Below, piece after piece: positions 8,469 through 16,083 of a stretch of 64,000 bases of DNA (the first letter of the stretch is position 1; each line of letters starts with the position of its first letter). Location of the stretch: positions 3,132 through 67,131 of IMG/VR virus record IMGVR_UViG_3300030389_002443; one strand, given 5' to 3'. The notes below the pieces were generated by a model, which saw only the letters and a program-made list of their open reading frames with translations, did not search any database and had not been told where the DNA came from. Source of the DNA: a virus. The translations under genes and the position numbers were made by a program.

Positions 8469-8753
8469 ATGACTGAAAAACCAAAAGTTAGTGTTGATAG
8501 GCACAGGATGACTGCGGGAGAAATAAGGACAGTTTTGAAAAATCATAAACCCACATATGTTTGGGGCATGATATCAGAAGGTAATAAAATTGAGTATCTA
8601 AGTTTACACTTTGATTTTCTAGGTGTTGAATTTACAATATACTCAACTCACAATTATCCTTGGGATGAAGATACTAATGTTGATTGGGGTCAATTCATAA
8701 TTGATGCAAGATTGAAAGGTATAACTGAAACCCATTATGTTGGTGAGGATTGA
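8469..8753 (+). CDS. Hypothetical protein
   Basis: AGGAGG RBS; ORF track. Confidence 0.7.
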   Translation: MTEKPKVSVDRHRMTAGEIRTVLKNHKPTYVWGMISEGNKIEYLSLHFDFLGVEFTIYSTHNYPWDEDTNVDWGQFIIDARLKGITETHYVGED

Positions 8754-8797
8754 TTAGATATATATCAGAACAATAAAAACGGTAAAACCGTCTACTT

Positions 8798-8827
8798 GTC
8801 CTCTAAGTGCTGCGGCATTTAGGGGAC
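8798..8827 (+). ncRNA. 13-bp RNA hairpin at 5' side of ncRNA cluster
   Basis: GTCCTCTAAGTGC-TGCG-GCATTTAGGGGAC with two G-U pairs. Confidence 0.5.
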
Positions 8828-8850
8828 TTCTTATATTCAATAATAAATAA

Positions 8851-9060
8851 GCGAGTGTGAAATAGAAATAACTCAAAAAGGCTTCGGCTAGGTTGAGGGT
8901 TATTATCTGTTGGCGTTACGAAACCTTGTATTTTACAAGGCAGGTTCGATAAAACAGTAAGTAAATAAGATAAAAAAGAATTAAAGATTACACCTATACC
9001 CCTTTAATGACTGTTATCTTATCTTACTGCGTAAGAGAAGGGTTCAATTCCCCCGCTTGC
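8851..9060 (+). ncRNA. About 210-nt tRNA-mimic structured RNA
   Basis: GCGAGTG/CGCTTGC closing stem, three long hairpins (one with C-UUCG-G), GGG-TTCAATT-CCC T-loop, T-rich tail. Confidence 0.65.
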
Positions 9061-9075
9061 TTTATTTTATTCTTT

Positions 9076-9147
9076 GAGGTTATCTCATATCAGATATAGG
9101 CAAGGGGTGTGTCACTTTCCCATCACGATTTGATATGAGGTAATCTC
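9076..9147 (+). ncRNA. 72-nt hairpin RNA with 20-bp stem followed by a poly-T terminator
   Basis: GAGGTTATCTCATATCAGAT pairs with ATTTGATATGAGGTAATCTC (3 G-U); T-run 9148-9165. Confidence 0.55.
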
Positions 9148-9169
9148 TTTTTTTTTATTTTTTTTGATA

Positions 9170-9194
9170 GGGTTCCAAAGACTTAACCATATGC
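9170..9194 (+). repeat. Dispersed palindromic element copy 6 (left half only)
   Basis: GGGTTC-CAAAGAC-TTA-ACCATATG. Confidence 0.7.
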
Positions 9195-9324
9195 TAAGAT
9201 TTTCCGAGAGTACCAATGCTTAAACGCATTTAACCAAACCCAATCTATAATAAACATCTCTCAATACGAACAATATATTGTTATCATTTTAGTTATGTTT
9301 TTATTAGGTGAGGAGTGGGTTGTA

Positions 9325-9650
9325 TATTATATAGTATATTATATTAGTATTAATGTATTATATTATCTATTATATATTGTATTAGTAAGGGAGGGTATTA
9401 ATCTCATCTATCTCACTTATATCTCATTTTAGGACTTATTAAAAATCTTTATTTTTTATATTGTTTTTAATGATTTTAATATATATATCTCATATCTCAT
9501 ATATCTCACTCATGTATGTGTGTGAAAAAAACCCCTTAAATGGCCTTGGGGGTGTTTCCTTTTATTTTTGACTGAGATGGTGAGATATGAGATATAAGGG
9601 AGCAGTGCAGCGTTTAGCCACTGAGATGAATAAGAGATGAGTGAGATGAA
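9325..9650. other. Candidate replication origin: AT-rich zone with inverted ATCTCA/TGAGAT iterons
   Basis: ATCTCA at 9401, 9410, 9421, 9487, 9494, 9503; TGAGAT at 9573, 9581, 9588, 9622, 9642; no ORF. Confidence 0.55.
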
Positions 9651-9732
9651 GCAGACGGGTAATTGCAAGAGATGGCTTCACCCCACGAATATATTGTAAG
9701 AGGGGCTTTTATTTAAAATTCGGGGAGTGTAT

Positions 9733-10566
9733 TTAGGTGACAATATTTTTTGCGAAAGTTGTGGCTAGATGTAAATCTTTGATTGGGTCTATTGGAATAT
9801 CGTTGTTGATGGCCCAAGTTACCAAATCTTCTGTGGCTAGATTAGCACCAGAATCTTTAGCAAAAGGACAGCCACCTAAACCACCAATACTAGAGTCAAA
9901 TTGTCTGATGCCCAAGTCATAGGCATGTTGTACATTGTCTAGAATAGGTTCTGATTTTTCATTGTGGTGGAGATGTATTGCCCATGTAGTTCCCATGTTT
10001 TTTATTAGGGGCGAAAGTTGTGAGATAGATTCTTTATTGGCTAGGCCAGATGTATCAGATAGGACAACAGTTGAGCCTAATATTGCCGAGGATTGTAATG
10101 TGCGTTTGAGATGTTCTGGGTCAAACTTTCCTTCAACTGGACAACCAAATGCATTAGAAACATAGACACGAATATCATCTTTAGGAATGCCGTAGAGCAT
10201 ACTTCTGTATCGTGAAAAGAGTTGTTCTAGGCTTATGCCAAAGTTATCTTTATTGAATGTTTCAGAAGGAGAAAGACACACATTGAATTTTTTAGCACCT
10301 ACTGAAATTGCACGTTTAAGTCCTTTTTCATTAGGTACAAGAACTCCAAGATTACAATCAAGGTGCGAAACTTTTCTATAGAGTGCATCACTGTTAGCCA
10401 TGTTCGGAACTTTCTTCGGATGGACAAAACTTCCAACTTCTATATTTTTTAAACCAGCGTTGTATAATAAATTAACCATAGTTACTTTGTCTTCTAAAGG
10501 GATTACAGATTTGATTCCCTGTAAACCATCTCTAGGGCCGACTTCGTAAATGGTTATTTTTTCCAT
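9733..10566 (-). CDS. hmgL: Hydroxymethylglutaryl-CoA lyase (DRE-TIM family)
   Basis: YEVGPRDGLQ, IEVGSFVHPKKVPNMA, HxH, DSSIGGLGGCPFA, NLATEDL. Confidence 0.9.
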   Translation of the reverse strand: MEKITIYEVGPRDGLQGIKSVIPLEDKVTMVNLLYNAGLKNIEVGSFVHPKKVPNMANSDALYRKVSHLDCNLGVLVPNEKGLKRAISVGAKKFNVCLSPSETFNKDNFGISLEQLFSRYRSMLYGIPKDDIRVYVSNAFGCPVEGKFDPEHLKRTLQSSAILGSTVVLSDTSGLANKESISQLSPLIKNMGTTWAIHLHHNEKSEPILDNVQHAYDLGIRQFDSSIGGLGGCPFAKDSGANLATEDLVTWAINNDIPIDPIKDLHLATTFAKNIVT

Positions 10567-10745
10567 CTCTTTACTCTCCTAACGATTATAGTAGACAATG
10601 ATACCCAAAATAAAACTTCTGCTGCAATTAGAATCCCTGCTACGATTGGGCCGAATTTGAATATGTCTCCGTTGAGGCAACCCTTCACTTGTTCGCAAAC
10701 ATCTGCCATTCTAGGGCCATCTATTGATGGTGGGTTAATGTTCAT
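10554..10745 (-). CDS. Small single-pass membrane protein
   Basis: Hydrophobic PIVAGILIAAEVLFWVSLSTIIV followed by basic tail. Confidence 0.6.
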   Translation of the reverse strand: MNINPPSIDGPRMADVCEQVKGCLNGDIFKFGPIVAGILIAAEVLFWVSLSTIIVRRVKRWKK

Positions 10746-11013
10746 TTTTATCCAATCCGTTTATTCGTGCGATTTGGCAACCATATCTTATTTTAGTTGT
10801 AGAGTCTAAATCCCAAAAGGTAACATTAGATTTGTTTTTATCGTTGATAGAATCTAAGTAAGCACATAGTTGTTTACGTGACATCTTTTGAAAATCTTCG
10901 TCAATGTCTAGACCTAAAATGTTACCATCATTTGGATAAGATACGAACTGTTCTATGAAGACATAAACCCATCCCATGAGTCTAAGAAAGGATTTAATTA
11001 TTCCTCCCAACAT
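10735..11013 (-). CDS. Hypothetical protein
   Basis: GGAGG RBS; overlaps next gene. Confidence 0.6.
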   Translation of the reverse strand: MLGGIIKSFLRLMGWVYVFIEQFVSYPNDGNILGLDIDEDFQKMSRKQLCAYLDSINDKNKSNVTFWDLDSTTKIRYGCQIARINGLDKNEH

Positions 11014-11267
11014 TCCTTAAACCTCCTTTAAAGTCTTGATTCAATTGTTCTTTTTCTACTTCATCAAATGTTATTTCTCCAACGTCAAATGTTATGACAT
11101 TTAGGAGGAAATACCAACTTAACGATAATAGAATTATTGCTGTTGCTCCCGCTATAAATAGTGTTGACATGACCAGCGCAAGTCGGTGTAGAAAATAAAC
11201 TAGTAGGTAAGATTGTGTGTGAAAACGTCCATTAGTTATTTATGTATGATTTGCCAGCGAACCTTAC

Positions 11268-11597
11268 ATGCAAAAAACCTACTCCTTCCACATCACTGAT
11301 AGTGAAGGGAAATGGAGAATACAATACGAATCTAAAAAGAATGCTTCTAGGATAAAATTGAAAATGATTAAGGCACTTTGGAAAGAAGAAGGGTTGACAG
11401 TGAATGGTATAAGAGATAAGATTGCAGAAACATCCACACACATTCCCACCTCTAATCAACTGGGGAATATCTTGCGTGGTTATGATTTATTCAAGTCGAC
11501 AGAGAAGACAACTGTTGCGTATATAGGAAGTCAATGCAATAGAGTAATGAAGTGGAGTTTAGATATGTCTTGTTTGAATTTTGAACAAGTCGCTTAA
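11268..11597 (+). CDS. Winged-helix DNA-binding protein (DUF3860-like)
   Basis: LTVNGIRDKI...IPTSNQLGNILR...W pattern. Confidence 0.55.
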   Translation: MQKTYSFHITDSEGKWRIQYESKKNASRIKLKMIKALWKEEGLTVNGIRDKIAETSTHIPTSNQLGNILRGYDLFKSTEKTTVAYIGSQCNRVMKWSLDMSCLNFEQVA

Positions 11598-11685
11598 TGC
11601 TTACTTTTCCGACATAACACGTTCTATAGAAAAATTTGTAAGTGTATTTTTGAGTGGTAACAATTTAGCCCATCTCGTGTGGTTA

Positions 11686-11741
11686 GGAACAATGCTTATA
11701 TATGGAATATATTCTCGTTAACAATATGCGAGGGAACAATG
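11686..11741 (+). promoter_or_regulatory. TATA promoter with variant GGAACAATG boxes heading the long plus-strand block
   Basis: Box 11686, TTATATA 11696, ATG 11726, box 11733. Confidence 0.55.
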
Positions 11742-12044
11742 ATGACTAGCAAGAAAATTAAGAAAATTAAGAAATGGCCAAGAGAGAAGAAACTAGAACT
11801 TAAATGGGTGCAAGTAAGCGAACACTGGGATAATCTTAGAGGAGAAAACCCGTCACTCGATTCAATTTTTAGTATTTTCATTCAACCTTGTCGTCATCCA
11901 GATTGTAATAGAGATAAAGTAGTGGCGAATAAATGTAATTACATTGTAGTTTCAAGAGACAACGATGATGAAGTTATGTGTGGAACACATCTTAAAATGG
12001 ATTACAGGATATGTAAAAATGAATCCTGTAAAGTATGTAATTGA
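11739..12044 (+). CDS. Cys-rich putative zinc-binding protein
   Basis: CRHPDC, CGTH, CKNESCKVC. Confidence 0.6.
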   Translation: MMTSKKIKKIKKWPREKKLELKWVQVSEHWDNLRGENPSLDSIFSIFIQPCRHPDCNRDKVVANKCNYIVVSRDNDDEVMCGTHLKMDYRICKNESCKVCN

Positions 12045-12054
12045 GGGGAAAATA

Positions 12055-12306
12055 ATGACAAATAGTAAAATAAAAATGGAAGAGAGAGAAGGAGAATGGC
12101 ACTGGCAAGTTAGTGTCGGAACATTCTTTGGATTAGGCGGAGAGACAGGAAGAGGTAGAAGCAATGACTATTGTGCGGCATACCAACAAGCATTTAATTT
12201 CATATTAAAGGTTGAAGATGAAGGGTATTTCAAATACTCACCGTATAAGGTAATATCATCTGCTTTGAGTGTGGTATCTGGTGTAACATATTTGGGGGTG
12301 GCCTAA
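12055..12306 (+). CDS. Hypothetical protein
   Basis: GAGGGG RBS before ATG 12055. Confidence 0.6.
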   Translation: MTNSKIKMEEREGEWHWQVSVGTFFGLGGETGRGRSNDYCAAYQQAFNFILKVEDEGYFKYSPYKVISSALSVVSGVTYLGVA

Positions 12307-12402
12307 TGGGTAAAAATTTACATGTAGTAGAATGTGAAGTAAGCGGTTGTAACGAACTATGTTATTATGGTTCAACTGTTTGTAGTCAAGGATGTGAAAA
12401 AC

Positions 12403-12912
12403 ATGAGTAGATGTCTAGAATGTTATCGTATATTAGATGATATGGAAAAATTTAAAATTGGAGATAAAAAATTAGGCCCTACTATCGTTACTGTAATGAA
12501 CCACAAATCTCATAAAATTGGAATGAGTATAGATTTAGGTGGGTTAGATTATAATTTGGTATGTACTACGTGTGGTACTACAAAAAGCATATCTACAAAA
12601 GGCACAACAAACCAAGTGATAGGTGTAGACACTTATGGTGGTGAAAGATTCGATATACATGAAAGTTTTATAGAAAAAGTTTTATCAAAAGATTGGACAT
12701 TTTATGAAGATACTAGGTCTGCTAAAAGAAAGGTAATTAGTAGTATTAACAAAAATATGGCTAAAAAATATCAACATCTTATTGAACAAATATTAGAGTT
12801 TGAATATAGAAATCAAAAGATAGATAAAATACAAATCACATATGAATCTAAAGGTCAAACTGATGCTAAAGTAGTAACTTTCTACAAAGACCTTGATGCT
12901 AAGAGATGGTGA
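12403..12912 (+). CDS. Hypothetical protein with two CxxC pairs
   Basis: CLEC and CTTC. Confidence 0.65.
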   Translation: MSRCLECYRILDDMEKFKIGDKKLGPTIVTVMNHKSHKIGMSIDLGGLDYNLVCTTCGTTKSISTKGTTNQVIGVDTYGGERFDIHESFIEKVLSKDWTFYEDTRSAKRKVISSINKNMAKKYQHLIEQILEFEYRNQKIDKIQITYESKGQTDAKVVTFYKDLDAKRW

Positions 12913-12918
12913 ACAAGA

Positions 12919-13143
12919 ATGATTGATTTTACAGGATTGGGTCGTATGAAAATACACGAACTAAAAGGTAGGCAATGCGTTCAGTTTTTCCCAGATGCGG
13001 GTAAGACAGTACAAGACATGCTAAAGGTGCTGGATGATGGCTTAAAAGGAACAAAAAGGCATAGAGGAATATTGATGCAATCAGAATCTTCTAGGAAGAA
13101 AGGATTGCCAGTTCCATGTGTTATAATATTCGAGGAGAGATAA
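12919..13143 (+). CDS. Hypothetical protein
   Basis: GGTGA RBS. Confidence 0.65.
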   Translation: MIDFTGLGRMKIHELKGRQCVQFFPDAGKTVQDMLKVLDDGLKGTKRHRGILMQSESSRKKGLPVPCVIIFEER

Positions 13144-13147
13144 ATAG

Positions 13148-13348
13148 ATGATTGATTATCTTTATACTTTGTATGTATTGGTGGGAATGTTGTCCCTTTA
13201 TGTTTTATATAGAATAGTGGTATTTTATTTGTTTGGAATGAATGCAACTATATTCAAAAAGAGCCTCGACAATAAGATACAAAAAAATAAAAAAAGAATA
13301 AAAGAACTTAGAAAACTTAGAGATGAATTAAAGGGTGAAAAGAAATGA
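13148..13348 (+). CDS. Small membrane protein with basic coiled-coil tail
   Basis: N-terminal hydrophobic stretch; K-rich C-terminus. Confidence 0.55.
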   Translation: MIDYLYTLYVLVGMLSLYVLYRIVVFYLFGMNATIFKKSLDNKIQKNKKRIKELRKLRDELKGEKK

Positions 13349-13463
13349 AGAGAAAATACAAGAGAAAAGAAATGAATTATGATAGACCGACAAACAGATT
13401 AGTCAAACCTACAAGGCTGGCAAAATCTTCCCCAAAGAAAATGGGTGGATTGAGGTTATTAAA

Positions 13464-13682
13464 ATGAATGGGTATTTTACTTATGATAGAAGTTGGGAGC
13501 AGATAGAAGCAATGCTCGACAAGGCTGAGAGAAAGCAAAACTTTCATTCAGTGGAGATGAGCAAGGAGTTACCTAAGAAAGAACGGATATTCCATATGCG
13601 ACAATTCAAAGCATTAGAAGGAGTAATTAAATCCTTACGTTGGGTGTTAGGGGATAAAAACATTGAACATCCGTTGGAGTGA
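13464..13682 (+). CDS. Hypothetical protein
   Basis: GAGGT RBS; LEGVIKSLRWVLGD helix. Confidence 0.65.
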   Translation: MNGYFTYDRSWEQIEAMLDKAERKQNFHSVEMSKELPKKERIFHMRQFKALEGVIKSLRWVLGDKNIEHPLE

Positions 13683-13939
13683 TAAGAATGATAGATAAAG
13701 AAACAATGAAAATGAATGGTGAAAAATTAGTAAAGTGCGAAACGTGTGATGAAGTGTTTCCATACGTTCCACAGAAAAGATTCTGTACAGCATGTAAGAA
13801 AAGAAGAAGATACCTTAGACAAAAAGATTATGCTAAAAGAGATTATGTTATTGCCAAAAGAAAAACGGCAGAGGCCATTGCTAAAAAGAAAGCATATGAT
13901 TATGCTAGAAGAAACCCATCAAAAGGTGTTGAAGAATGA
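13679..13939 (+). CDS. Basic zinc-finger protein
   Basis: CETC...FCTAC plus K/R-rich helix. Confidence 0.6.
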   Translation: MIRMIDKETMKMNGEKLVKCETCDEVFPYVPQKRFCTACKKRRRYLRQKDYAKRDYVIAKRKTAEAIAKKKAYDYARRNPSKGVEE

Positions 13940-14176
13940 GTGAAGTTATAACGTGTGTTTATAGAAGTCCGATTCAAGAGTGTCCAAATTGTGGTAATAC
14001 TGAAATAATGAAGTGTACATTTACTGGAGATGAAGTAGTCGAGGGTTATGTTACTTGGCATTGTGGTCATTACAGGAAGGTGAAAAAATGAAAAGGTATT
14101 TGTGTGTTTGCTACCCAAGTTTCCCAATGAAACAAGATTGGTTTTGTTCAATGTGTGATAGTGAGGTGATTGAAGA

Positions 14177-14440
14177 ATGAGATTTGAACTTAATGATGAA
14201 TCAAGTGACATAGTAGAATTTAGATTAATAGAAGATGCAGATATGCCACCAGTTATCATCAAGCAACATGAGCATGAAATGACAGTGGTAATCATGATTA
14301 ATCTACATCACAAGATATGGTTGAGTCTAAAACGCAAATCTATCGCAGGGGCTAACAAACAAATGTTTGCTCAGATAGATAGCATACTCAATGGGTATCT
14401 AGAAGAACAATTAAGGATGAAAGAGTTTGATGAACAATGA
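14177..14440 (+). CDS. Hypothetical protein
   Basis: GAGGTGA RBS. Confidence 0.65.
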   Translation: MRFELNDESSDIVEFRLIEDADMPPVIIKQHEHEMTVVIMINLHHKIWLSLKRKSIAGANKQMFAQIDSILNGYLEEQLRMKEFDEQ

Positions 14441-15222
14441 CAATAAAAAGTGCGGACAATTTGAAAAAAGACTGTTTTGGTAGAGACATAATAACAGCAA
14501 AAGTTTGCAATGTCCCTAAAAATAAAATAGTGGATTTTTGGAAAAACAGTCCCTTATCACATATGTTGAAATTTGGAGAGGACAATGAAAACCTTGTTTG
14601 TATGGCTTGTGGAATCCCAGAAAAGGAACTAGTAACAAATAATTATGGTGCTTTTGGTGGAATAAAAAAAGAAAATTCGATTAAGTGGTTAGACAGGGCG
14701 CATATTTATCCCGATATGTATGGGGGGTCTAAAAAACCTAATAATTTGCATCTATTGTGTAGAAAATGTCATGTTGAAAGTGAACTGTTAGAGGGATATG
14801 TATATTGGTTATGGATATATCTATGTTCTAAATTATATAAAGAAGGCTCAATGTTGGAATATGATTATGATGGCGGTAAAACATATTACGATGATTGTAA
14901 ATCTATCGCTAAATATGAATCACAAGCAAAAATTAGATATTGGTATGATAGAATTACAGAGTGGAATGTACATAGTGAAGAAAAGACGCCATACTCAATG
15001 TCTCAGCCACAAGCATGGACATTAATCAATGGCTCAAAATTCATGCCTAACACTTATTACGATATTGGAGAATTTAAAAATATAGAATTCATTCCAGTGG
15101 TGGATGAATGTAGGCAATGGGCTATGATTAGCGAGGAACATAAAAAACTAAACACCGCTACTATGCCTTTATTACAAACATTAAATTTTGAAACTCATAG
15201 AATTTGGAGGAATAAAAAATGA
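14437..15222 (+). CDS. HNH endonuclease domain protein
   Basis: CMACG ... RAHIYP...GGS...NNLHLLCRKCH. Confidence 0.8.
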   Translation: MTIKSADNLKKDCFGRDIITAKVCNVPKNKIVDFWKNSPLSHMLKFGEDNENLVCMACGIPEKELVTNNYGAFGGIKKENSIKWLDRAHIYPDMYGGSKKPNNLHLLCRKCHVESELLEGYVYWLWIYLCSKLYKEGSMLEYDYDGGKTYYDDCKSIAKYESQAKIRYWYDRITEWNVHSEEKTPYSMSQPQAWTLINGSKFMPNTYYDIGEFKNIEFIPVVDECRQWAMISEEHKKLNTATMPLLQTLNFETHRIWRNKK

Positions 15223-15473
15223 ACAAAAAAGAAATGGAAAAAGAATTACAAGAGACAAGCCAGAAGTTACTAACTGCTACTACGCAATTAGAGACTGCTG
15301 TACAGAACAACCAAAAATTAACACAGATGGTATTAGAGGGTAATGCACAAGTTGAGAACTTAAGTAAATTAGTTCTGCACTATGAGAAAACTCTAGGAAT
15401 AGCATTCTCAAGGTTAAATGAACGTTCCACTTTATATACTAGTGGCAGCATGAAAGAAATGGAGGAAGCATAA
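15219..15473 (+). CDS. Coiled-coil protein
   Basis: Heptad pattern; GGAGG RBS. Confidence 0.65.
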   Translation: MNKKEMEKELQETSQKLLTATTQLETAVQNNQKLTQMVLEGNAQVENLSKLVLHYEKTLGIAFSRLNERSTLYTSGSMKEMEEA

Positions 15474-15474
15474 T

Positions 15475-15675
15475 ATGCAACTTAGAATATTGAATGCAAG
15501 CGGGCATACGCCCTTAGAAGTAACAGCCGATGATGTATTGGATTACATCAGTGATTATCCTACACATTTAGTTTGTGTAGATGGAACAATTGTCAGCAGA
15601 CAAGCACTATCCGATTACGATTGGGATGGTGTAGAGACTGTTGATTTGATGCCATCTATAATAGGGGGATTTTAG
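15475..15675 (+). CDS. Ubiquitin-like (beta-grasp, ThiS/SAMP-like) protein with GG-F C-terminus
   Basis: 66 aa; MQLRIL first strand, VCVDG, terminal TVDLMPSIIGG plus one extra Phe; E1 and JAB genes within 3 kb. Confidence 0.75.
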   Translation: MQLRILNASGHTPLEVTADDVLDYISDYPTHLVCVDGTIVSRQALSDYDWDGVETVDLMPSIIGGF

Positions 15676-15710
15676 TCCACACATCATATGATTACCACCC
15701 TAAAGGTAAC

Positions 15711-15767
15711 GGAGTGTGGGGAGAGTGTGGATAGGCCTCTATTAGCCTTTGATGCTCCCCACATTCC
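15711..15767 (+). ncRNA. Structured RNA A (13-bp closing stem)
   Basis: GGAGTGTGGGGAG / CTCCCCACATTCC with one G-U; inner AGGC/GCCT hairpin. Confidence 0.5.
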
Positions 15768-15789
15768 ACTTTACATTCCTTAGTTTACA

Positions 15790-15875
15790 GGGAAGGTAGG
15801 GTAGTAGATTAAGGAAATAACACTTCGTTTAGAACTAACACCACGAGATGTTTGGTTCGCCATCCTTACCTTCCC
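15790..15875 (+). ncRNA. Structured RNA B (12-bp closing stem)
   Basis: GGGAAGGTAGGG / CCTTACCTTCCC with one G-U. Confidence 0.5.
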
Positions 15876-15912
15876 ACTTACAGGAAAAAATATAAAAAAT
15901 TAGGTGATTATA

Positions 15913-16083
15913 ATGAAAGACCATGACCCAGAATATGTTACAAGCAGACGCTCAACAGACAAAGTTATTGCTACTAAATGTAGGATATGTGGAGGTCAAT
16001 TAACTCACCCATTAGAAGCAAGGAAAGGATTTCATGACAAGTGTTTAAAGAATTACAAGTCAAAAACTTACGGGGTTAAATAA
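15913..16083 (+). CDS. Small zinc-finger protein (DUF6011-like), 56 aa
   Basis: Manual translation CRICGGQLTHPLEARKGFHDKC; AGGTGA RBS; TAATG coupling to next gene. Confidence 0.6.
   Translation: MKDHDPEYVTSRRSTDKVIATKCRICGGQLTHPLEARKGFHDKCLKNYKSKTYGVK

Noticed and set aside
8851-9060. tmRNA or canonical tRNA
   Set aside because: No encoded CCA, no A discriminator, no evident tag reading frame or pseudoknots, and no U33/R37 anticodon loop; kept only as a tRNA-like RNA.
887-9194. CCATATGG palindromes as a CRISPR array
   Set aside because: Copies are 0.8-3 kb apart, variable internally and separated by genes rather than by 30-40 nt spacers.
14437-15222. HNH gene as an intron-borne mobile element
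   Set aside because: Free-standing and coupled to both neighbours, with no interrupted gene or intron structure seen.
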